IMG/VR virus record: IMGVR_UViG_3300049259_000054
Location: 1 to 54,922 of that record
Origin: a virus
Taxonomy: Duplodnaviria; Caudoviricetes
Reading direction: 5' to 3' (one strand)
DNA length: 54,922 nt
In this document: one piece after another, positions 45,341 to 53,470 of the stretch
Layout of the letters: the number at the start of each line of letters is the position of its first letter
Position numbering within the stretch: the first letter of the stretch is position 1
Made by a program: the position numbers and the translations under genes
Notes under the pieces: model-generated
Told to the model about the DNA's origin: nothing
The model's database searches: none
What the model saw: only the letters and a program-made list of their open reading frames with translations

Positions 45341-45735
45341 CGACCCGTGTCACGGATCCGCGTCATCATCACCGAATAGACCTCCAGGTCAAATTCGGAA
45401 TCCGGATGTGGTAGTACGCCCTGCTCTAACGCCCCGAAGATCCGCGCCACCTTACCTAAGGCGTAGAACGCAGTGGCGGCATAGCGGCCGTACTGTGCCT
45501 TCTCTTCGTCGGTCGCGCCATCCAACCGGTCCCCCATCATCCCGACCATCGCTTGACCCATCAAGTCCAAATCCGACGCGCCATATTGGATCGCCTTGGG
45601 GGTGGTACGGGAGATAGTGACAGCGGCATGCCTTCCCCACCAGTCCGCGATCTCTCCGACCCTCTCCTCGAACTCGTCGGTCTTAGCCTGTTCCATCCGG
45701 ACGGTCTCCTCTTCGATCTTATGGACGTTGCTCAT
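45331..45735 (-). CDS. All-alpha nucleotide-modification-associated protein (Nmad1/DUF1599 or MazG-like; candidate MazZ equivalent)
   Basis: K-x3-YG, K-x2-R and D-x3-D-x3-Y pattern (KAIQYG; GKVAR; DSEFDLEVYS); ATGA-coupled to purZ. Confidence 0.6.
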   Translation of the reverse strand: MSNVHKIEEETVRMEQAKTDEFEERVGEIADWWGRHAAVTISRTTPKAIQYGASDLDLMGQAMVGMMGDRLDGATDEEKAQYGRYAATAFYALGKVARIFGALEQGVLPHPDSEFDLEVYSVMMTRIRDTGRWV

Positions 45736-46907
45736 CGGCTCATCACTTCCAGGACGGTGCCCGGGCCGGTGCCGATAATTGAGGGGCGAACCCCGCAGTC
45801 GTACTCGACCTGATCCAGCAACGCCCTCAGCTCCTTATGATCGCCCCGGTCGACGTTAATATCACTGAGCCGACCGGTCCACCCACCGACGTCCGGGAGC
45901 TGTTGATCCACCATCGACAACCACACCCGGACCGGTCCTTGATCCGGGCCGCCGTTAGCATCGATCGCGGCGCTGGCAAGCTCCGAGTCCCAACCGCCGA
46001 CCCGGCGGGTCTTGTTAGTGACGGTGGTTTTCTCTGCCGGTAAGCCGAGCTCCTCCCAGCTGGTTTCGTCCTTCAACGGGCCGGAGTTGCCGGCAACCCG
46101 GATCGGATAGACCCGCAAGACCACCCAGACTTCCAACCAGCCGGGGGTGACGGTCCAGGGGTTGATTCCTGCCATGGCCAGGAAGTCGATCGCCCGGCAG
46201 TCCGAGGAGGTCACTTGCGGGTAGTGTTGGGTGTGCAACCCGAGCCCGTAACCTTGGGTGCCTTCCAGGATGACGTGTGCGTTGCGGTGGGTCAGGTCGT
46301 TGTTCAGTATCGCGGCGGTATCGTCGCAGAATGCGACACCGCGGTCGGCCAGCGCCTGTATCGGGTCGGTGTTCGACACCGGCGGATACCCGAACGCGTC
46401 GTTGGCGGATTCCGCAGCTCGGCGGGCCTGCCAACCGTTCATCGCGTCCCGCACGGTGAAGGCGGTGCGCATCGCCCGTGCGGCACGTGCGGCGCCGACC
46501 CCCTTACTGGTGGATCCGATCCGCTCGGTCAACTTCACCTCCTGTTCGGTGTCTTTCTCCGCTGAGGTGATCAGGGTCGCTGCAGTGTCCACGATCAGCC
46601 GTTGCCCGACGTCCAGGCCGGCGTCGTCCAACGCGACCACTTCGTTCGCCAGGACTTGCAGGTCGATCTCCGACCCTGCGCCGATGGTCAGGCTAGCGTC
46701 GGGGCGCCCGACAGCGATCACAGGCACCTGCCGAAGCGCCCACTTGCGACCTTCGCTGTCATAGGCGGTGTGCCCGGCGTTGGGGCCGGCGACCCTGACT
46801 CCGACGATCCTCTGGTGTTTGCTGGTGCGGGCGAGGTAGGCGGCGCAGGCGCCTTTCGCTTCCGAGCCGTACTGGCCGCCGACGACCACCGTAAGCTTGC
46901 TCATCAT
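45732..46907 (-). CDS. purZ: PurZ-family 2-aminodeoxyadenylosuccinate synthase, probably the GTP-using PurZ0 type
   Basis: PurA fold with GGQYGSEAKG (Ser where PurA has the catalytic Asp, GDEGKG), GPNAGHT, IGST-x-KGVG, EGTQG, RVYPIRVAGNSGP, TTVT-x3-RRV, SMVD, GTGP. Confidence 0.9.
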   Translation of the reverse strand: MMSKLTVVVGGQYGSEAKGACAAYLARTSKHQRIVGVRVAGPNAGHTAYDSEGRKWALRQVPVIAVGRPDASLTIGAGSEIDLQVLANEVVALDDAGLDVGQRLIVDTAATLITSAEKDTEQEVKLTERIGSTSKGVGAARAARAMRTAFTVRDAMNGWQARRAAESANDAFGYPPVSNTDPIQALADRGVAFCDDTAAILNNDLTHRNAHVILEGTQGYGLGLHTQHYPQVTSSDCRAIDFLAMAGINPWTVTPGWLEVWVVLRVYPIRVAGNSGPLKDETSWEELGLPAEKTTVTNKTRRVGGWDSELASAAIDANGGPDQGPVRVWLSMVDQQLPDVGGWTGRLSDINVDRGDHKELRALLDQVEYDCGVRPSIIGTGPGTVLEVMSR

Positions 46908-47027
46908 TGATTCTCCCGTTCGCGGGCCGGATAAGGGCCGGCACCCGCGTCGCGCGTCGGGGGGAGCACGCTCTGCGGGTGCCGGCGGATCTGGTGCCTT
47001 GCTGCAAGACCTATCTTACCATGCGAC

Positions 47028-47043
47028 CTTGGCAGCACGCAAG
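47028..47043 (-). promoter_or_regulatory. Operator (one mismatch) plus promoter (TTGCGT-18-TAAGAT) for the purZ operon
   Basis: cttgg cagcac gcaag. Confidence 0.7.
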
Positions 47044-47044
47044 G

Positions 47045-47230
47045 TCAGGCGGGGGTGCCCTGCGACTCCTCCGCGAGGGCTTGGGCGTCTACCCCGACCG
47101 AGATCGAGATCGAACCGTCGGAGTTGCTGACCGGAGTGATCTCGATCGGTACCTTAATAGTCCCGATCGGGTAATAGGTGTCCTGTACTTGCACGTACAA
47201 CTGCAGGTCGACCGGCGCTAGTGAAGCCAT
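47045..47230 (-). CDS. Hypothetical protein
   Basis: GGGAG RBS. Confidence 0.6.
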   Translation of the reverse strand: MASLAPVDLQLYVQVQDTYYPIGTIKVPIEITPVSNSDGSISISVGVDAQALAEESQGTPA

Positions 47231-47350
47231 CGTAACTCCCGTGAGTTGGACTCGTTTGACAGGGCGGCGCCCCGGTGATCCTCTGACACCGTACCACGGG
47301 TGTCCACCGGGGCGCCCATACCGCGCGGGGGTCGCGCAGTGTTCATGTTA

Positions 47351-47641
47351 CTACTCTTCGTGCCGCTTGGCCAGATGGAACCTCGGCAGGGCTTGGTGCC
47401 ACAACGCCCCGGCCGGTACTCCGGAGGCGGTCTTCTCCACCGCGGCTTGGGCTTCGATCACGGCCCGCCCCACCCGGGCGAACATCACCCGGGCGTATTC
47501 GGTCGCCGGCCGGTCGGCACCGTACCGGTACCGTTCGGAATCTTCGACCATGGCTTCGAACCGGCGCCAACGTATCGCGTCGGCCCGCAACGATTCCAGG
47601 TCCACAACCTTGGCGGAGCGGCGAACCCGACCGGTTCGCAT
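47351..47641 (-). CDS. Hypothetical protein
   Basis: TGATG-coupled. Confidence 0.6.
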   Translation of the reverse strand: MRTGRVRRSAKVVDLESLRADAIRWRRFEAMVEDSERYRYGADRPATEYARVMFARVGRAVIEAQAAVEKTASGVPAGALWHQALPRFHLAKRHEE

Positions 47642-47889
47642 CAGACCAATCCGACCCAGCGCAGCAACTCATAAGCGCCGACCGCGCAGGCTAGCAGCAG
47701 GAGCGCCAGTACGGCGATCATGGCGACCATCGCGGAGGCCCGCCCGATCGCCTCCTCCCGCGCCTTCCGACGGGCACGGACCCGCTCGAGCCGAGCCTGC
47801 TCGGGGGTTTTAGTGAACCGGCCGAACGCAGCGGCGAGACTGTCCGGGCGGGGCGGGGTCTCGTCCTTAAGGTGTTTCGAATCGGTCAT
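47641..47889 (-). CDS. Membrane protein
   Basis: C-terminal TM segment; GGAG RBS. Confidence 0.65.
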   Translation of the reverse strand: MTDSKHLKDETPPRPDSLAAAFGRFTKTPEQARLERVRARRKAREEAIGRASAMVAMIAVLALLLLACAVGAYELLRWVGLV

Positions 47890-47906
47890 GGTATCTCCAA
47901 GGAAAG

Positions 47907-47935
47907 GGTCGGCCGCCTCCCCGGGGCGGCCGACC
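47907..47935. terminator. Stem-loop
   Basis: ggtcggccgcc...ggcggccgacc. Confidence 0.6.
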
Positions 47936-47940
47936 GGTCA

Positions 47941-48384
47941 TTAATCGGCCAACACGTCCTGGACCATTTGCAGGTCCTGGACCAGGCGGTCGTGGGATTG
48001 CATCGCGATGGCGACCCGCGCCTGTACGGCCCGGTCGGCGCCCCTCGCGTTCTGCTCCATCGCCTCCAGGGTGCCAGCCCGGACCCGGTGTAGTTGCACT
48101 TGAGCGATCCGGGCGCGCAGTTTCACGTACACCACCGCGGTGTCGTTGTCGGTGGTCAAACCCACCCCGCCGGACCGGCCCAGCGCCGAGACGAACGAGA
48201 TGTGGTTGATCGAGGCGAGCTCTTCGCGCAACTTGGTCAATCCCTTGTGGACGTTCCCGCGGGTGAGCCCGGTCTTGTTGCCGACGTCTTCGATCTTGGT
48301 GAGGTTGCCGTCGCCGGCTCTCATCAGGACGTCCAATACGAGGGCGGCGGCTTGGTCGCTGCCGATCCGCTGGTGTGAGGGCAT
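47941..48384 (-). CDS. Putative winged-HTH protein
   Basis: IEDVGNKTGLTRGNVHKGLTKLRE is HTH-like; has its own promoter. Confidence 0.6.
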   Translation of the reverse strand: MPSHQRIGSDQAAALVLDVLMRAGDGNLTKIEDVGNKTGLTRGNVHKGLTKLREELASINHISFVSALGRSGGVGLTTDNDTAVVYVKLRARIAQVQLHRVRAGTLEAMEQNARGADRAVQARVAIAMQSHDRLVQDLQMVQDVLAD

Positions 48385-48443
48385 CTCTTAGCCCTTCCTG
48401 TTGGGCGAGCTGTTCCCGCCGCTGCTTGCATTCTAGCACATTC

Positions 48444-48459
48444 CTTGCTTTCGCGCAAA
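48444..48459 (-). promoter_or_regulatory. Operator plus promoter (TTGCGC-17-TAGAAT)
   Basis: cttgc tttcgc gcaaa. Confidence 0.8.
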
Positions 48460-49206
48460 TCAGCCGAGCAGGCGGGTCAGCTCCTCATCCAAGGTGCGAG
48501 GTTCGGTGTTGTTCGCCACCGAATCCAGATAACCCAACTTGGACTCGATCGAACTGATCTCCGACGCCAGCTCGTGCCGCTGCTGGTAGGTCGGCGACAT
48601 CGTCGAGATGCGGGACACCGTCTCACTCAGGGCGACATTGGCCTTCGCCAACTCGTGGGCTATCGCCGCCCAGTCCGACGCGTGTTTAGACGCCGCGTGT
48701 CCGGGGTCAGCACGGCGGGTCTCGTCCAACCGGGCGGTCCGTTCGTTGCTGACCCGGGTGTGTGCCTGCAACGCCACCGCGGCGGTGTCATCGTCCGCCA
48801 TCACTTCCCGGGCGACCTCAGGGTCCTTAAGCGCCTGCTTGACTTGGGTCGCTCGGTCTTGGGCGGAGGATCGCGGTCCGGTGCGTCCTTGGGTAGAATG
48901 TCCGAGCGCCCGGTGTGCCTGAGTGAGAGTCATCCCCGGTCGGATCAGATCCCGGTCGTAGGCCAACACCTCGTGGACCTTCCAGGAGACGCCTTTAACC
49001 CGGCGTTCTGTCGCCCAGGACCGGGCGACGGTGGCGTAGTGCTCCAGCCTCGCCAACTCCACCCCGATCTCACTGGCGTAGGCGGGCAGGTTTTGATTGC
49101 CGATCTCGCGGGCGGCGTCGCCCAAGAACCAGTTGCGCTGACCATCCTTCAAGATACCCATCTGGACCAGCGCAGCCCAACGGGCGGTGCCTGGATGTAC
49201 TGGCAT
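48460..49206 (-). CDS. DUF6192/LmbU-like putative DNA-binding protein
   Basis: WFLGD-x-A-x-EI, YA-x-EIG, Y-x2-VARSW-x3-RR-x2-GVSW-x-VH-x2-LA; AAGGAG RBS. Confidence 0.6.
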   Translation of the reverse strand: MPVHPGTARWAALVQMGILKDGQRNWFLGDAAREIGNQNLPAYASEIGVELARLEHYATVARSWATERRVKGVSWKVHEVLAYDRDLIRPGMTLTQAHRALGHSTQGRTGPRSSAQDRATQVKQALKDPEVAREVMADDDTAAVALQAHTRVSNERTARLDETRRADPGHAASKHASDWAAIAHELAKANVALSETVSRISTMSPTYQQRHELASEISSIESKLGYLDSVANNTEPRTLDEELTRLLG

Positions 49207-49250
49207 GGTTGCTCCTTCGTCGCGGATTGTACTTCATTGTAACAGTGCAA

Positions 49251-49266
49251 TTTGCACACAAGCAAG
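49251..49266 (-). promoter_or_regulatory. Operator plus promoter (TTGCTT-18-TACAAT)
   Basis: tttgc acacaa gcaag. Confidence 0.75.
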
Positions 49267-49293
49267 TGCCCCGACCAGCGGAGCCGGGGCACT
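49265..49293 (-). terminator. Stem-loop after the 15-codon ORF
   Basis: agtgccccg...cggggcact, followed on the minus strand by TGCTTGT. Confidence 0.65.
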
Positions 49294-49306
49294 CGGGCCT
49301 CCTGGA

Positions 49307-49354
49307 TTAGCTCCAGGTTGCGCCATCCTTCTTGATCCAAGTCATACCCTTCAT
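49307..49354 (-). CDS. 15-aa peptide MKGMTWIKKDGATWS
   Basis: GGGGGTGA RBS; sole ORF between a promoter with 5' hairpin (49380-49426) and a terminator. Confidence 0.5.
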   Translation of the reverse strand: MKGMTWIKKDGATWS

Positions 49355-49440
49355 GCTGTCACCCCCGATCCCGTGGAGTGCGGCCACCACCGGAGGTCCC
49401 TAACCCCAACTCCCGGCGATGGCCGCTAACTCCGAGTTTA

Positions 49441-49686
49441 TCACGCTTCTTGCGTTGACGCAAGTGGTTCGTCTTCCAGGTCCAGATAGATCCAGACGTT
49501 CAACCACTCCGTGTCGTCCCCGGTCATCACAATCTTCACCGCGTCCTGTTCCGTCACCGGCCTCCCGGCCGCTTCCGTCAACAGCTGAATCACCCGGGCT
49601 GGCTGGACCCACCCAGACACGTCCAAGTCCGCCTCGTTCAAATCGGAGGTGCTCACGGTGCCATAGTAGGCGCCCGCCCGCCTCAT
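49441..49686 (-). CDS. Hypothetical protein
   Basis: ATGA-coupled. Confidence 0.6.
   Translation of the reverse strand: MRRAGAYYGTVSTSDLNEADLDVSGWVQPARVIQLLTEAAGRPVTEQDAVKIVMTGDDTEWLNVWIYLDLEDEPLASTQEA
49449..49464 (-). promoter_or_regulatory. Operator plus promoter (TTGCGT-17-TAAACT)
   Basis: cttgc gttgac gcaag. Confidence 0.8.
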
Positions 49687-49940
49687 TCCACCAACTCGTA
49701 AGTCACCCCGAACACTGCCGGGTCGCACGGATAGAACCGATCCTGTTTCGGCTCTCGGATTATCCAGTGGCCGACCGGGACCGGGATGAGCACGCCGTCG
49801 ATCGTGCAGACGCGGAGCCCGTCGAGCTCGGTCGGCCCGTAGATACCGGCAGCGCCGCCCCACCCCCAAACCTCATCGATATTGTCGCCGGTCCATCGCA
49901 CCGCGTCGACCACCACGGGCTTCTTGCGGTATTTGCTCAT
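49683..49940 (-). CDS. Conserved phage protein (YRKKPVV-x-EA/DA family)
   Basis: KYRKKPVVVDAVRW...T-x-DG...G-x-WII...FYPC-x-P-x-VF-x2-TYE. Confidence 0.75.
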   Translation of the reverse strand: MSKYRKKPVVVDAVRWTGDNIDEVWGWGGAAGIYGPTELDGLRVCTIDGVLIPVPVGHWIIREPKQDRFYPCDPAVFGVTYELVE

Positions 49941-52147
49941 TCGCTGTACCCCCAACGCTTCGCATCCAACTCCATGATCGTACCCAGCGCGTCGGTCGCC
50001 AACGCCGCCGCCTCAGCGATCAACAGCTCCACCATCTCCTGTCCGCCATCGCGCGGCAGCAACATCAGCTGTGAGTCGTGTACGGCAAGGAGTAACCCAG
50101 CGCCGCCGATCTTAGCTTCCTTAGACAGGTCCGCCCGCTCCTGCACCCCCCACTCGCCCAGCCGCCGCTCCACCAACAGGTCGATATCCTTCCCTACCTC
50201 GGCAAGGGACCCCTGCACCCGCCTGGAGAATCCCGACCGGTAGTCGTCATACACCTGGAAGTACGACGATTTGCCGTTCGCCAGCCGGACTTTCCGTTGC
50301 CGTTTCACCAACTGCTCGGTGGAATCCAGCGCCGCGGAGAACTCCGGGTATAGCTCGTTCCAACCTCGGACCGACTTCTCCATCTCATACAACGGCACCC
50401 GGATACCGGAATCCGATAGGACCATCTTCTGGACCGTCTCCGCCCCGGCGCCGAACACACAGCTGAAGTTCTCCCGTTTACCGAGCTGTCGGTACAGCTT
50501 CCAATCCGGATGATCCGGATACACCTGGTGCACTTGGGTGGCGGTGTACCCATGCAGGTCCTCCTTCCGCTTCACCATATCTAACATCCGCTTACAGCCG
50601 GCATAATGCGCCGCCAGCCGCAGCTCCGCCTGTGCCAGATCCATCTCCCAAAGGTCCCACCCGGGGCAGAACTGCTGCACCGCCCAAGCGATCAAATTCC
50701 GGGGGGTGGCGAACCCTTGCAACGGGGAGGTACCCTTCCCGATCATCTTGAAATCCGACGGGATCGCCTGCAGATTGACCCGTTCGACCGAGAACCTGCC
50801 GGATTTAACCTGCAACTGCCGGAAATGGGTCCGCAGCCGTTTGTCTTGCGGATTGGTCTTGACGGCGTACCCTTCGTACCACAAGCTGATCGCGGTGGAC
50901 AGGCGGGCGTAGTCGGCCCAAGCTTGGGCGTGCGGCGCACCGTCGTCCACCATCCGGGCGAGAATGTCGGCGGTCAGACTGGGCGCTTGGGTTTTCTCGC
51001 TGACCGCGTAGGGGGTCAACCCGAGGCATTCCACCCCGCGGGCGGTCTGACCGGTGTCGAAGTAGTATTGTTTCGCGCCGGCCTCGGTGGGGGTGAACGG
51101 GAGGGCGGTGGCGATCGCGGCGCGTTTCTGCTTCAACGCCCGGGCGATTTCGAAGGACCTCTCGGCCGGGTAGGGTAGGCCGCGGGTCTCCATCGCGTAC
51201 AGCACCTGCATAACGTCGAACTCCCGGCGAATCCATTCCAGGGTTTTCTTGCGGTGTTGATCACCGAGTCGGTAGATCTTGCGCAGTTGCGCCTGTTCCA
51301 GCCGTTTAGTCTGGTGCGCGTCGGAGGTGGCGTAGGGGTCAATGATCGACCACGGGACCAGGTCGTACCTACCGGGCGGTAGCTTATGCCGGCGCAGGTA
51401 GTTCTTAACCTCAGCCTCGTTGCTGCGTTCCTCCTCCCCCCAAAGCCTGGCGGCGGTCGGTTTCAGGGAGGTGTTCTCCCGGGGGTGCAGCTCCCGGTTG
51501 GTCAACTGGGTGTCCCAGGCGAACTTCGGCAGCAGGTTGACGCCGAGTCCGAATTCGCGATGCCCAGCCCGCATAATCAGGGCGTCGAACAGGGCGTTGT
51601 GGTAGGTGATCCGTCGGGCCGATAACCAGGCGATCAGGTCGGTCCAGGCTGCAGCGTCGAGGTTGTTGGCGTCGCCGAACAGGGTGGTCTGGCCGTCGTC
51701 TTCAGGTTTCCCGGTGACACCTTGGTCGAACGGGTAGGCAACAGCGTGTAGACATCCCGGGTTGTCGCAGTCATAGAACGGCACGTCGAGGTAAACCGCG
51801 TGGGGAGTGGCGACCCGGCGGATGTGTTCGCCAGTCGTGGCGACCACGATATCATCCAGCAGCGCGGTGCAGCCGTCAGCGCCGTGTTGCTGCCAGGCTA
51901 GCGACACTACGGCGACTCGGGCGCCGTCGTCGGTGTGCAGCCCGGACGTTTCGGTGTCCAGTGCTACGGTGCCGTCGATTCGGGCGGGTAGGAAGGCTGG
52001 GTGTTGATCGTAAGGGCGGTCCATCGCCGGGGTATTACCGTGGGCGCGGTAGTGGCAAGGGTCGCCGTCTTGACATGGGCAGGTGGGATCACTGCCGGAG
52101 CAGGGATTGGTTTGCTCGATACTCGATCGGGCACTGATTCTTGGCAT
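49937..52147 (-). CDS. Family A DNA polymerase with 3'-5' exonuclease (candidate DpoZ)
   Basis: ExoI DTETSG, ExoII HNALFD, ExoIII YATSDA; SGRFS-x4-NLQAIP; motif A DLAQAELR; motif B RQLGKRENFSCVFG; motif C VHDS; leaderless ATG at 52147. Confidence 0.93.
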   Translation of the reverse strand: MPRISARSSIEQTNPCSGSDPTCPCQDGDPCHYRAHGNTPAMDRPYDQHPAFLPARIDGTVALDTETSGLHTDDGARVAVVSLAWQQHGADGCTALLDDIVVATTGEHIRRVATPHAVYLDVPFYDCDNPGCLHAVAYPFDQGVTGKPEDDGQTTLFGDANNLDAAAWTDLIAWLSARRITYHNALFDALIMRAGHREFGLGVNLLPKFAWDTQLTNRELHPRENTSLKPTAARLWGEEERSNEAEVKNYLRRHKLPPGRYDLVPWSIIDPYATSDAHQTKRLEQAQLRKIYRLGDQHRKKTLEWIRREFDVMQVLYAMETRGLPYPAERSFEIARALKQKRAAIATALPFTPTEAGAKQYYFDTGQTARGVECLGLTPYAVSEKTQAPSLTADILARMVDDGAPHAQAWADYARLSTAISLWYEGYAVKTNPQDKRLRTHFRQLQVKSGRFSVERVNLQAIPSDFKMIGKGTSPLQGFATPRNLIAWAVQQFCPGWDLWEMDLAQAELRLAAHYAGCKRMLDMVKRKEDLHGYTATQVHQVYPDHPDWKLYRQLGKRENFSCVFGAGAETVQKMVLSDSGIRVPLYEMEKSVRGWNELYPEFSAALDSTEQLVKRQRKVRLANGKSSYFQVYDDYRSGFSRRVQGSLAEVGKDIDLLVERRLGEWGVQERADLSKEAKIGGAGLLLAVHDSQLMLLPRDGGQEMVELLIAEAAALATDALGTIMELDAKRWGYSE

Positions 52148-52167
52148 AGCACATCCTAGCACGTCTG

Positions 52168-52183
52168 CTTGCGCACATGCAAG
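52168..52183 (-). promoter_or_regulatory. Operator plus promoter (TTGCAT-18-TAGGAT) for the polymerase, next to a hairpin at 52183-52213
   Basis: cttgc gcacat gcaag. Confidence 0.8.
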
Positions 52184-52227
52184 CGCCCCAGGAGCTGGAA
52201 TCTCCTGGGGCGCGGCCCTGCGGGAGG

Positions 52228-52620
52228 TCAGAGAGCGTGGCCTTCGGCGTTCAGGCCGTCGTCAACACAGCAATCGAAGTCCCGATCTGTGGCGAACGCC
52301 TCGGTCAGCGCTTGGTTGAATGGGTTGGCTTTCGGGTCGGTCAAACGGCTTGCGGCGGCATCTATCCAGCGGGCTTCCCGAGCCTTCCGCTCCGCCACGA
52401 CCGCGGCGTAGGTGTCGTCGGTGGCGCCCTGGTCAATCGCGGCGAGGGTGCCCTCGTAGAAGGCTCGGCGTGTCGAATCCATCCGGCCGTCGACCACGTC
52501 GACGTCAATGCTGGTCCGGATGGCTTGGCGGGCGGATTCGTACGGGTTGTCGGCGTTCAGACTGCGGGCCATCCCGATCAAGGTCTGGGCGAAATCTGCA
52601 GGAGTGGGAAGGTCGGTCAT
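52228..52620 (-). CDS. Hypothetical protein
   Basis: GAGGAG RBS; own promoter and downstream hairpin. Confidence 0.7.
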   Translation of the reverse strand: MTDLPTPADFAQTLIGMARSLNADNPYESARQAIRTSIDVDVVDGRMDSTRRAFYEGTLAAIDQGATDDTYAAVVAERKAREARWIDAAASRLTDPKANPFNQALTEAFATDRDFDCCVDDGLNAEGHAL

Positions 52621-52664
52621 CGCGGGCTCCTCGGGTGGTTTGGTTCCACCAGTATATCACAGAC

Positions 52665-52680
52665 CTTGCTTGAACGCAAG
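52665..52680 (-). promoter_or_regulatory. Operator plus promoter (TTGCGT-17-TATACT)
   Basis: cttgc ttgaac gcaag. Confidence 0.85.
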
Positions 52681-52681
52681 A

Positions 52682-52852
52682 TTACTGGTGCCAGTCCTCC
52701 TCCGGGATCGTCACACCGAACGCCAGCAACACCCCCGCAGCTGCCGGCACAATCCCGACAAACCCCAACGGCGAACCCAGACTCGCCGCCAGGGTGAACG
52801 CGAACGCCACCAGGCACAACCCGAAAAGAACCTTCAACCGTTGGATCATCAT
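52682..52852 (-). CDS. Small 2-TM membrane protein (56 aa, not in the ORF track)
   Basis: MMIQRLKVLFGLCLVAFAF...EEDWHQ*; ATGA-coupled. Confidence 0.6.
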   Translation of the reverse strand: MMIQRLKVLFGLCLVAFAFTLAASLGSPLGFVGIVPAAAGVLLAFGVTIPEEDWHQ

Positions 52853-53079
52853 GACCTCGCCTCCATCTCCGCCCAGAACAGGCCCATCGCGGCGCTGACC
52901 TGCGCAGCAGCATCCCGGACGTTCCCCGATTCGATCCGCCCGGCCGCTAGGGCCGCCACGAACGAATCCAGAAGCTCCAGGGCGTGCCGTTCATCGCCCG
53001 ATTCGATCATGTCCTGGATCCTGCGGTTGGTCTGATCCGGCATCAGGTAGGTGTCACTCATCGTCTTCGTCGTCTCCAT
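52849..53079 (-). CDS. Hypothetical protein
   Basis: Coupled ORF; start at 53079 or 53061. Confidence 0.6.
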   Translation of the reverse strand: METTKTMSDTYLMPDQTNRRIQDMIESGDERHALELLDSFVAALAAGRIESGNVRDAAAQVSAAMGLFWAEMEARS

Positions 53080-53284
53080 CGTAGCTCCCCCTCTGTAACC
53101 GGCCGAGTGCCATCCGCACCCGGCAGTAGTACTGCACCTTCAGGTCGTCCAACCCGCGGTTCGCGGGCTCCACCAGGTCCAGCGCCCGCAGCGCCGCCTC
53201 ATACGGGTCCGGCGCCTGCAACAGCTGCGCGTTCGCTAGGAGGCTTTTCGCCATCTCGGCCGGCAGCGGCGGGCGCGTGACCAT
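53054..53284 (-). CDS. Hypothetical protein
   Basis: TGATG-coupled; acidic tail. Confidence 0.6.
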   Translation of the reverse strand: MVTRPPLPAEMAKSLLANAQLLQAPDPYEAALRALDLVEPANRGLDDLKVQYYCRVRMALGRLQRGSYDGDDEDDE

Positions 53285-53460
53285 CAGTGTATGACGACTG
53301 TGGTGGTGGCGACCTGAGCCGCGACGTACCCTGATGCGATCCGGTTCCTCACCCAGCTGTCGACCTCCCGTTTGATCTCCACGATTGAGTTCTCGCCGTA
53401 TTCGGCGGCCCAATCTTCAACGTCGATCGTCACTATCGCCCTGACTTCGATCTGCGTCAT
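53284..53460 (-). CDS. Hypothetical protein
   Basis: AAGGAG RBS; IDVEDWAAEYG. Confidence 0.65.
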   Translation of the reverse strand: MTQIEVRAIVTIDVEDWAAEYGENSIVEIKREVDSWVRNRIASGYVAAQVATTTVVIH

Positions 53461-53470
53461 ATCCAACTCC

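Noticed and set aside
45732-46907. Ordinary purA auxiliary metabolic gene (with purB, for AMP synthesis)
   Set aside because: The catalytic Asp of GDEGKG is replaced by Ser, and the neighbours are dNTP-processing genes; PurZ fits better. A biochemical test is still needed.
49380-49426. tRNA gene
   Set aside because: A single long stem with no cloverleaf or T-loop consensus. No tRNA was recognised anywhere in the window.
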